From Cenococcum geophilum (taxonomy: Eukaryota): a stretch of DNA of 64,000 bases. The translations under genes were made by a program, and so were the position numbers. Where the stretch lies: NCBI GenBank assembly GCA_050273025.1, contig CP158636.1, positions 3,782,001-3,846,000 of the forward strand, written 5' to 3'. Within the stretch, counting starts at the first letter, position 1. Every line of letters begins with the position of its first letter. Under the pieces are notes generated by a model. The model was not told where the DNA came from and searched no databases. It worked only from the letters and a program-made list of their open reading frames with translations. Below are positions 53,177 to 64,000 of the stretch, in pieces.

Positions 53177-56100
53177 TGTTCGTACTAACTTAATAGCACG
53201 AGTGAGTCGTATCCACGGGCACGAAATACATGTAGTATCGTATGCTTATTTGAATGGTGACTGTCGATTGTATAAAGCAGACTACGTGGTCTATATACTA
53301 ATACGCCTCCCCCCTAATTAGTTAGTGCTTCAGAAGTGCACCAGACGCGTAAGCGGGTGGTTGGTGCACCAAACGCGTAAACGCGTACTTGGCGTACCGA
53401 ACGCGTAAGCACGCGGTTGGTATAACAGGTGCTGTAATTATACACTAGCGGTACTTGGAGAATGAAACCGCTTATATATAGCCTTTATAATTGTCTTAAT
53501 AAAACTATAAAATATATAAGAAAATATATAGGAAATCCCTCCTAAGGTGCCTTCTGGGTTGCCTTCTAAATAGTGCTCTAAGCTGGCCGTAAGTTCTGCT
53601 TACGATCCGTAAAATAAACTATATGGCCTTTTAACGGGCCGTAAGTGCACTATACGGCCTTCCGACGGGCCGTAGCTGAACCGTAAATGCTCTGTTAGTC
53701 TCGCTCTACCTATTTTATAACCTTTAGGTTAAGCTTGTTTATATTAATTAGGGTTTTAAGAGCTTAATACGGCTTTGCCTTAGTTATAGCGTCTACTAGG
53801 TTGTCTCCGCTGCTGATCTATTTAACCTCCGTAATCTTACGTTGTTTATAGGCCTAATATAAGCACATTAGGTTGACTATGAGCCTCTTCTCTTATATTA
53901 TACCTAGTTTAACTAGGTAGTTATAAAGGGACTTTAAATTAGTATATAAAACTAGGGGTAACTACTTTAGTTATAAAATCTTCTAGACCGTTAATTTGAT
54001 TATGGCTGCTATATTAAATCCATAAGCTAGTATATATAGTTTAGAAGCTAGTATACTACGGGTTACTTGTTTACACTTAATTAAAGACCAGTACAGTATA
54101 TTTACGTCCTAATTATAGTCCATAAGTACAATTATAAAGCCGATTTATAATAATAGGTCTTTATTATTAGCAAAGAAGGCGTCTATAAATGCTAGTAAGC
54201 TAAGGGAACTTAGGTCTAGTGGTACAAAAGTAAGTCCCCTTACTGCATTATTAATTTGCCACTAAATACGCTTATTAAGCTGCTTAATATTTTCTTCTTA
54301 TAGATCTACTGCCTGGGCTATAAAGGACAAGTCGTAGGCAGATTTGGGTTAGCAGACTGTGGCAATATAGGCGCCTCTTACACGCTGTGCAGCGTATTAG
54401 TCCTTTATATTTATAGTCTTATAGGTCTCTCTATGGGAGCTAGTAAGGTCCGTAGGCTTTACTATAACAAGCTTTAGGTTTTAAGCTTAGAGTTCCTAGG
54501 TTAGCTAGATTAAGTTACCCTTTTATATAATTAAGCCTCTGTTAAACTTAATTGGAGTCTACTTAGTTAACTGCTCTTACAACTTTACTAGAAACTTAGC
54601 TTCTTACAGTTTAGTCTCTTTAGCGTCCGTAAATGTCCGGTCTGCTAAGAAGAGGGTATTATCTGTTTGGAGTCTAATAATACTAAGGCCGTTTAATGGG
54701 CTGTATAGGAGGCAGGGGTTGTAGGTTAACTGTTCTATTTTAAGTTTACTAACGTAGTGCTAGTAGTATATCTTAAATTAATGGTTTTCGGCTTCTGGTA
54801 CTCTGTAAAGAGGTTTTATAACCTATAAAATTGTTCCTAGTTGTAGGTTAAGCTTATAGGGTGGTCGTATAAAGATATCCCTACTTAGGTAGGTATTAGA
54901 CTACATATAGGCTTATAAGATATCCCGTAAGTAAAGGGCTACGGATTTAGTTTGCTGTAGTCTAGGCATAAGTGCGAGTATAATCCGTTAACTAACCCGT
55001 TAAATTGTAGGTAATTATGTAAGGACTAGGTCCTTTCCCTGGTCGTTATAAGCTTATATAACAAGCCTTAATTTCTTAAAGGCTTTATTAGTACTAGGGT
55101 GCTTAATCTTGTCAACGAAGCGTAAGTTAGATATACGGACGCCTTGCGGAACGTCTCTCTCCGTTACAATTGCAAAGACACCCTTTTTAAGTAGTCCGTT
55201 GATCTCTTTACGCCGTAAGTCCGTAAAAGGGGTTTCCTGTACTAGAACTAATATATCCGCAGGCGGTGGATCTCCGTACTGATAAGGTAGCACGGGTTAT
55301 AGTTGAAAGATTCCTAAATGTAGGTCTGTAAAGTCTCTCCCCATATAAGGAACGGGTGTCTAAATCGTCGTATAATTGGCAGGGTAACATGCTTACTTTT
55401 TGGGGCAGTTGCGGGGCCGATCAAGGTGTCCGTAATATTGTTGTAGTAAACCTATAACCTGTCTATGTCCGCAAGGCAAAGTAAGAAAGGGGTGTCTGCT
55501 TTTACTATGTGGAAGTTAACTAGGCTAATTAGGGTCTTAACTGCAACTGATCTAATTAATGCAGTTGAGCCAATGCTAAATTGGACGTTTACGGCCCCAT
55601 TTTGCGTAGTATTAATATCCGTATTGTCATTTACGGTGGTCCTATATATAAGGTATTGTCCGTAACCTACAGTAGACTTCTTAGAGGCACCTATATCAAT
55701 TATAACGCTATAGAATTCTTTGGGGGTATAGCGTTCCGTAGTAATATATACAAATAGGTCCTGCTTATAATCTATACCGTCCGTAATAGGGGTACTTGCG
55801 GAATGGTTTTTAGGCGTAACTAAGTGTATAAAGGAACGGTCGGCTAATACGGTCGTAATATTAAAGGCTTGGCTATCCGTAAAAGGTCTAAAAGTAGTTA
55901 GGAATGTTTCTGAGGTCTCTTATTCCTAAGTGTTTAAGTTAAAGTTAATTATAAGGGCTTTTATTGACTTATTAGGGGGCTCTTCTACTTCCTTTCCTTT
56001 GTATTCTAAAATAAACTGGTTAATATAGCTATTAAGTCTCTTCCTAGACTTATTATGTTCTTCCTAGGTATACCTTATAAACTAATATCCTTCCTTACCG

Positions 56101-58194
56101 CACACGAAGCACTTCTAGCTAGTTTGTTTGCGGGGGTATGTTTTTATACGGGGGTTGCTATAGGGGTTATAGGTAGGACTTAGTCGGTACGGGTACTGCT
56201 AGCGGTAGCGGTGGTCCGTAAAGTAGACGTCTAAGTCTATTTGCGGATATTAAATATCCGTAATAAAGGCTTAAGTGCTATTTAGTGGGTTTAAGACTTT
56301 ATATATTATAATAGAGGAGCGTAGATTATTAATAAGGCCAGCTAAGGTATTTATAGGCTTGTAGTAGGCGTACTTACAGGGCTCTACTTCCTAGTAGGCC
56401 ATAATAAGTTTATTATACAGGAAGTCGTCCGTTTAAAGCTTAATATTAAGACCATACTATAGGTGGCGGAGGTCTTTAATAAGGATTTACAGGCACTCTA
56501 TGGTCAATTTTTCAGTATTCTTGTCCATTACGGTCCATAGCTTAGTCGTATTCCATTAGATAAAGATATCACGCTTATATTCCAGTCCTTTAAAGTAGTT
56601 ATATATAGCTTCACATAGCTTATTAAAAGGAACACCAAGGGGGTTACTCTTAAGGTTGGTGTAATAGTAGTTAAGTGCTAGGCCGCGCAGTATAGTAGAG
56701 TAGGCTTAGCTAAACTCTTATTTAGGAATATCAGCCTTCTAGTAGAGGTCCGTAAAGATAGTTAGTTTAAAGTTAAAGTTATCGTTTTCGCTGCTATACT
56801 TAGATTTATCGGTATAGAGCTTAGCTAGATTAGCTAGCTCCTTACCGTAGGTCTTTAGTTAGGTAGGTTGCGGATCTATAACTTATGGATTTATAGTTTG
56901 CGGATATATAGCTTATGGATCTGTGACTTAAATAACGGGGGTAATTTAGTCCATATTTTGGTTTGCGGGGGTATTATAGTCTATAACTTAAGTACTAGGT
57001 ATACTTTAGCCCGTAAGATTAATTCTAAAACTGCTTAGGTTTATAGGACGAATTTAGTTAAGTGGGTTAGGTATAAGGCTAGCGATTATATTAAGTTTAG
57101 AAGAAGTAAAGAGTTCCTTAGTTTCTTAGAACTGGTTTAGGATTTCCTCTTTAGTCTATTCCGTTTGGTCCTTTTTGTGTATTATATTATATAAGGACTA
57201 TATAATAGTAACTCGTTTATTCCTTTTAACCTATACACCTTAGTTATATAAGAGGGTCCATAGGTTACAGATGGTAGTAGGGTTATATGCTTTAAAGATA
57301 GCTTTCGTAAAGTCCGCGAAGTCTTCCTAGTATTGCTCCTATAGGTTAACGTTTATAAGCTTAAAATATTTATATTTAAGAACTTTAAATTTAATATAGT
57401 TGTTAACGTTAGGTATAGACGTGAGGTTAGCTCCCTACCTCTACTTTTCCTAGCCTTTATCGACTTGCTTCCTTAAGTCTGCTATACTATATAGTGTAGT
57501 GTAGTACGCAGTAGGTGGAAGAGGTCTTGTAGTGGTCCGTAAAGGCGGTTAATATCTATAGCAGTTCGTAAAAGGGTAAGGGTGTCCATAAGGGGTCTTA
57601 ATAGGTCCGTAGTAGTTTGTAGAGGGGTAGGAGGTCTCTATAAGGGGTCTAAAAAGACGTCGGAGGTATTAAAAGAGGGTGTAGTAGGGATAGGGGTTTA
57701 AGGTTTAAGGGTAGGGGTTCTGTACAGGTCTATATTCGCGTCTATTATACTTCCGATAAACCGTACTAAGACTTAAATAAGTATATAGAGTTGGAGATAA
57801 GTCCGTAATTCCTAACTTCCGACCTTTTAGTAGGTCGTACTAGGAGTTTAAACGGGTAGTCGCTATTATATATCGCTTGGGGGGAGGTGTTAAGTAATTG
57901 CTGATCTGTGCGCGCTTACTAATCAGTGTTCATACTAACTTAATAGCATAAGTAAGTTGTATCCACGGGCACGAAATACATATAGTATTGTATACTTATT
58001 TAGATGGTAACTATTAATTATATAAAGCAGACTACGTGGTCTATATACTAATGCGCCTCCCCCCTAATTAGTTAGTGCTTTAGAAGTGCACTAGATGTGT
58101 AAGCGGGTAGTTAGTGCACTAAACGCGTAAACGCGTACTCGGCGTACCGAACGCGTAAGCACGCGGTTGGTACGACAGGTGCTATAATTATATA
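53177..58194 (-). mobile_element. Ty1/Copia family A, copy 2; both LTRs present but integrase deleted (5.0 kb)
   Basis: LTRs at 53177-53444 and 57927-58194 with TSD aatag. Gag, protease, RT and RNase H are present. The post-protease region is joined directly to the pre-RT region at ~55260. Confidence 0.92.
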
Positions 58195-59699
58195 AATAGA
58201 CAACAATAAAATATTTAAAGAAAAAATTAGTAGAATTAGAGTAGCTAAGGTTAAATTACCCTTAATTAAGTAATTCTTAGGAAATAAGTTAAAGCTTAAG
58301 GGATTCCTTACGTAAATGCACTTTAAGGTTATATAAGAGAGAGTTAAACTAGGAACGCCTATGGACCAAATTACCTACGTAGGATTATTCTTAATAGGAA
58401 GGGCACTTAAGTAGTTTAAACCTTATCTTACGGAAATATAAGAATATAGTATAATAACTACTAACTAGAAAGTCTAATATATATTCTTAAGTTAGAATAG
58501 GTTTATAAAATAATTAATATAGATGTTTAGAGACCTAAAGGTAACTACTATAGCGGAAAGAAAACTTTAAAACCTAGTATAAAGGACTTTAGTAATTAAG
58601 TATATAATATAGTTTTAAACGTTAGTAATATAGGTTAAATAAAATAATAAAGCGCTTATAGCATAGTATAAATAAGGACTTAAGGTAAAAGTCTAGGACG
58701 TAATTATCCTAATAGAAGATGCGGACACTTTTAGGAATTAATTAATTAAGCAATTAAGATTAATAATAGGATCTACTAAAGAGAGCAGACTAAGAAGGGT
58801 TAGGATAAAGTTCCACAGTTATATAAGGCGTAGAGTACGTAATAATAAAGTTAAAGTTAAAAACTATGGTATAGCGTAGAGCTAATAGACCTAAGTGGTA
58901 CTAAAGAATCTAAAAAATAGAATAAAAAATTATGGAAACCTAAAGAATAAGGATTAAGTAATTAAAGGTCTAAGGAGTAGAGGCTAAACTAGGGATCTTA
59001 ATAACAGAAGATATTTAGGCGGACTTTATAGCAAGAAAAATGGTTTAAAAAAGGAGCTTATATAAATTACGGAAAATAAGGTTATTACGTTAAAGACTAT
59101 AGAAGTAGTTAGAGCTACTATATAGTAAAAAAAATAAGACTAGTAGACAATATATATGTATAGAGGGATAATAATATACTATAAGGAACAAAAAAGTATT
59201 TAATTAAAAGTTTTATATTTTATTATAATAACGCATACCAAATTTATAAAGACGCTAAGTATGGCGTAAGCTATTAGCTATAAGAGTTAAAACCTACAGA
59301 ATATAGGGGAACTAATAAACTAGTTTATAGATCGGATATTAAAAATAATAAGTATAACATAGGCGAAATATTCTATAATAATAAGGTAATAAAGGCAGCT
59401 TACTAAAAGCATATAGACCTTAGAAATATTATATAAGAAGTAGAGGATAATTCCACTACGGAATAGGGAATATTAGTTAGGATTAAGACCCTACTAAATA
59501 TAATATCTATTACTTTACAAGACGCAAGAGAAGTAGGATAGTAAGCTACTTTAGCACTTAATAAAGGTAAAAGGCTAAAAGCTTAAGACTCTTAAGACGA
59601 GATATAAGACGACTAAGACTCTTAAGACGAGATATAAGACGACTAAGACTCTTAAAATAAGATAAGGCAAGCTTAAGGATCTATAATAGATAATAACTA

Positions 59700-62600
59700 T
59701 TATTAATTCTATTTATCGCCCGATTTGGTCCCTTTTTAGGTCCATATAGGCTTCTACCTTCTATATATAGGAAAAACCCCCTAGGGGGGAAAACCTAGGT
59801 ATATCCTTTTAGCTAGTCTTACGCGCTCCGCCTTCGCCTAGCCTGTGTACCTTTATATAATGTCTGCCTTACATACTATACTTTTAAGGTGTCTTGGAAG
59901 ATCTAGGGGGTAGTAGAAGGGTTTAGTGATTCGCCGGCGTGCTACCTTTAACTAGGTAGGGGGTGTCCAGTCTTTAAGGGACTGGAAGGGGGCGTATCCT
60001 TTAGTGTCCTCCTGCTAAATCTCATTTGCTGTCTAGAACTGCTAAAGGACTCCTTAGCTTATAAGCCATTATGCTGCTTTATGTAGACCCCTGCTTATAG
60101 AGAGCATTTAGGTAATATTATTTATGCCTACTCTAGCGAATAACTGGTCTCTTGCAGTGCGTTAGTTGCAGAATAGTAGTATATGGCGTACTAACTATAT
60201 AGGCCATCCATATATATAGTGTGGCGTAATGTTTGGGATATAGATGCTTGCTAGCTATGCATTTAGCCCTAGGACCTCTGTCCTTAGTAGGAAAGCGGCT
60301 GTAGATTTTGCCTTTATCTGTCCTTCGTATAGGGGGAGAGTTAGTATTATCTATGGGGTGATCTATGTGGCTGCCCTCTATATTTTTACCGCCTTCTTCT
60401 ATCGTTAGTTCCACTTAATATCTGCCTATCTTACGATGCATGTAGTAGATCTCCACTTATACTGGTGGCCTCCTATCCTCTACTACCGTGGTGGCGCTCC
60501 ACCGGCGTAGCGCTGGGTCTCCGCTTAGTGTTATAGTAGCTCCCGTATTTTCTGTTTTTTCTCTACCGCATATAGGCGGAGGGCTTCCTGGCTTATAAGC
60601 TTGGGCATATTACCCCTCTAGGGGGCCCTTACTCCTTATATACGATTAAGTGTTTGGCGTATATCCTTCTCTACTAGGTAGTCTTATACTATAGCTGCTC
60701 TCTATATAGTAATTGTGTCTATATATATGTCTAGTAGAGGTACTACTACTTCGCGTTTTAGTATAGCACGTGGTGTCCTCTTATAGGCCCCTATAATTTT
60801 ACATAGGTATTAGTTTTGTAGTTTAACTAGTGGCTCTAGGGAGCTTTTTACTAGTGGCTTACCTTTTAGGTCTACGCCCCAGATCTGGGCGCCGTATAGC
60901 ATTATTAGCCTTACTACAGCTATGTATAGTAGTCGTGTGCGTCTAAATAAGGGTCCCTAGGTTAAGGCTGCGATACGCGATATTACTACAAATGCTACTA
61001 CTCCCCTATAAGTCGCCTGTGTAATATACGCATTCTAGTTTAGTCTAGCGTCCACCTATACCCCTAGGACCTTAAGGGTGGCTTCTAGTTTTGCTTCGCA
61101 GCCCTGGATGCTTACTATTAACACTAGGTTATTATTCGCCCTCCTTTTCCTTATAAAATGGATAAGCTGGTATTTATCTGGTGCAAATTTAGCGCTATGC
61201 CGTTTTGCCTATATAACGCACCTATTATGCGCCTGGTTTAGTTTAATATAGTTTTCTGCTGCTATGTTTCCCTATATAATTAGGTTTGTATTATCTATAA
61301 ATCCTAAGGCTACTGTTTCCTAGTTGCTTTTAAATGTCTCTAGTAGCTTAGATATAAAGAATAAGAACAGGATTGGCGACAGGGGTGACCCCTATAGGAT
61401 GCCTGTAGGTATTAGTATTAATTCGCTTTTATAGCCCTTAAATACTATCTTAGTAGTACGCCCTATTAGAAAGGCTTGTGTAAACTTAACTATCTAGTTT
61501 AGTAGACCCTTCTTTCTTAGGATTTATAGGAGTCTCTTATATAATACGTTGTTAAAGGCTCTACTTAGGTCTAAGCTAAGCATAGATACTACGTATCCTA
61601 AGCGGGCTTACCACGCCACTTAGACGCTGGAGGTAATTAGGGAGAGGGCTAAAAGGGTTAATCGCTTCTTTCTTGCGCCTATTTATGTCTATAGTAGTAG
61701 TCCTTACTCCTCTACGGCGTTTTATATGCGCTCTATAACTATCTTTTCTAGAAGCTTTCCTAGCGTATTTTTAAGGGCGATTAGTTAGTAGCTTTTTGGG
61801 AAAGAGTAGTCCTTTTTATTTGGCTTTCTTAAGACGATTATAGTTGTTACTTTACAGCAGTTTAGTAGTTTGCCTTCGTATAGGTAGGTAGTTACAGCGT
61901 TCGCTAGTGGTATTGCTAAGGCTTCTAACGCAGCTTTAATTGCCTTATTTGGGATCCTATCTAATCCTACCGCTTTGCCTATAGGGAGCTTTTGAATAGC
62001 TTCTTTTATATCCTTTGTTAAGACTATCTGGCTTATCTTTAGGGCAGGTAGTTATATAGTAGAGTTTAATATGCCTGCTTATCTAGGCCTCTACCCTAGT
62101 TTTTTAGTAGCTTTCCTATTTATCTAGGCCCGAGGGCCTAGGGCTTTCCATAAGTAGTTGGCTGCTACTACCTATAATACGGGGAATTTCACTAGTTCTC
62201 TCGGATATCTTATAATAGGCTATTAGCCTAAGTACTAGCCTGCCCCCCAGCAGTCTATATAAGAGTCTCCTCCTAGAGTTAGTACGCTTTTGCACGGCTT
62301 GGGAGCCTTCCATAGCCTCTAGTTTTACGCCTCTTTTTATTATTTCCGCCGGCATAGGTATAAGCTGCTATTTGCAGGGGTCGCAACTCCTATCTTATGC
62401 GCCTACTGACGTAATTCTATAAGGGCGTCGTAGCTGCATCCTATAATGTGGTTAAAGCCTTAGGTACCATCTACGGTTAAGGCCTAGCTAAAAGCCTCCC
62501 CCGCCTAAGTAACTCCTGTTTGCTCCTTAAGCGTACCTCACTAGCGTACTACCCTAGCGAGCAGTTGTACTGCCCTAGCGAATAGTCCTATCTATTGGTA

Positions 62601-63788
62601 CACTGATACGCGCATCTATTCTCTCAAGCCACGTAGTAGTCTCTCTGGCTAGGACGTGATCCTGCCTGCCTACTAGGTGCACTAGGGGTTAGAGCCCAGC
62701 TAAGGGGTAAGGTCCCTAGAGCTAGCAGTGGCTATTACGCACTACGCCCCGCGGGAGGTTTTAATTCCCGTTTCGCGTTGCCTATAAGAGTCTCCTTATA
62801 ATAGGCCGACTGTGTCTTATAGAATAGGTTATAGACTAGGTCCCGTGCCAGGCGACCTATTCTACCCTATTCTACTAACCAAGCTTGTGTCCCCCCTTTG
62901 TATAAGCTGGCCTATGTCTCTAACTGTCAAGTCCTTATACGACTGGCCTGTGTTTCCTTAGAGCCTCCCCTATATATATGCGTAGGTTGCGTGCACCACG
63001 CCTATTAAGACCCTCCTGTGAGTTACCTGTAGGTCAACCGTAGGTTGAACGCCATGGGGCCGTCGAAGCTGGCCTGTGTTTCCGCTGCCTAGAGCTTTGC
63101 CCGTGTTTCCACCTCGTTGAGCCGTCTGGTTGCCATCGCGTCGCCGTCGCGTCGCTGTCGCGTCCTGTCGTCCAGGTTGCGCGCACCACGCCTATTAAGA
63201 CCCTCTTCTGAGTCACCTGGGTGTACCGGATACCAGATAGGCCCTCGTAGAGGGGCCTTAATGAGTTCTCTAGGCAGGGCCTTAATAAGTTCTTTGCGGT
63301 GGCCTTGGGGCCTTAACAAGTTTCGTACGATTCTGCGACGCGTTAACCTTAATAAGTTCTTATAAGCAGAGGTTTCCTACGCCCTCGCCGCGTTCCTTTG
63401 CGGTCTCAGAGCTAGTGCAAGCCCAAGGGTGTCCTGTTGTACGTCTAGGTCGCGTCCACGTCGACTGGCTGAATAAGGCTAGTTTCGGGCCTGGCTACGA
63501 GCCAGGTAGTCGTACATCGGGTGGTTTTCGTATCCCAGTTTCCCTTGATAGCCCCCCTAGATGGTAGAGCAGGAGCCCCAGGCGGGGGCAGTAGGGCTCC
63601 TGGTGTTGTTGAGGGCGATGCTTCGTACGCGTCGCAGGCTTAACACCACAGAACCGCGACGACAGCGCGCTGCACGCGCTGCGACGGCTCCCTACCATCG
63701 CCTCTGCACTTGGCCATCAAAAGGAACGATTTCCTGATGATGTTTCCACCCGCGGCGACGTGGACGCGTGCAGTAGGGCTTCGCGGGT
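59700..63788 (-). mobile_element. Chimeric Tad-like LINE: ribozyme plus ORF1 of one subfamily joined to the RT/3' half of the 10612-15763 family; APE domain missing
   Basis: 13-bp TSD tagataataacta (59687-59699 / 63789-63801). 59700-62044 is nearly identical to 10612-12960, while 62045-63788 is only distantly similar to the other LINE's ORF1. Confidence 0.88.
63704..63788 (-). ncRNA. HDV-like (delta/CPEB3-type) self-cleaving ribozyme
   Basis: Minus strand: P1 ACCCGCG, J1/2 AAGCCCUA, P2 CUGCAC, P3 GCG, L3 UCCACGU, P3' CGC, P1' CGCGGGU, P1.1 GG, AAA, P4 CAUCAucAGGAAaucgUUCCUuuUGAUG, J4/2 GCCAA (C75 equivalent), P2' GUGCAG. Confidence 0.88.
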
Positions 63789-64000
63789 TAGATAATAACT
63801 AATAGAGCAGAGTAACGGCTTAGTTTAGTAATATATAAATAAGCTTAGGACAAAGTTTCCTAAAAATATAAGACTCTTAAGATAAAATAAGTAAGATTTA
63901 AGACTTTTAAAACAAGATAAGAATACTAGTAAAGCCTAGTTAAACTAAGGCTAAAGCTAAGCTTAAGACAGAAGTAAGCTCAGGATTAAAATTTTTATAA

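Larger units (their letters stand above)
52574..64000 (+). mobile_element. Ty3/Gypsy element related to the 43477-51513 copy (5' LTR plus gag region; runs off window), interrupted by a Copia and a LINE
   Basis: 5' LTR 52574-52993 resembles the reverse complement of 51087-51513. Segments 53030-53176, 58200-59699 and 63802-64000 are colinear with the minus-strand copy at 51050-49130. Confidence 0.9.

Noticed and set aside
688..62355. Short ORF-track entries within RIPed regions as functional genes
   Set aside because: Chance stop-free fragments, sense or antisense, of degenerate transposon ORFs.

Overview
Eukaryotic, filamentous-ascomycete-type DNA. About 85% of the window is a nest of transposable elements degraded by repeat-induced point mutation (RIP: TpA excess, CpA/TpG loss, many TAA/TAG stops). 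The nest holds four Ty1/Copia elements from two families, two Ty3/Gypsy chromoviruses, two Tad-like LINEs, two copies of a ~1.1 kb LINE-dependent non-autonomous element, a probable Academ(H) DNA transposon (transposase plus RecQ-like helicase), three MITEs and a solo LTR. Most boundaries are fixed by target-site duplications (TSDs). One intact, non-RIPed island (~32.1-41.8 kb) carries three intron-containing genes: a NACHT-ankyrin NLR and a head-to-head pair of coiled-coil P-loop GTPases, one ending in a CaaX box. Highlights: (1) a complete HDV-like ribozyme fold whose +1 nucleotide coincides with the 5' junction of a chimeric LINE; (2) a different pseudoknotted 5' RNA module shared by the other LINE and its non-autonomous partner; (3) the NLR plus paired-GTPase island as a candidate immune/allorecognition locus. 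Domain calls come from motif recognition by eye, not database searches. Coordinates inside RIPed ORFs are approximate.
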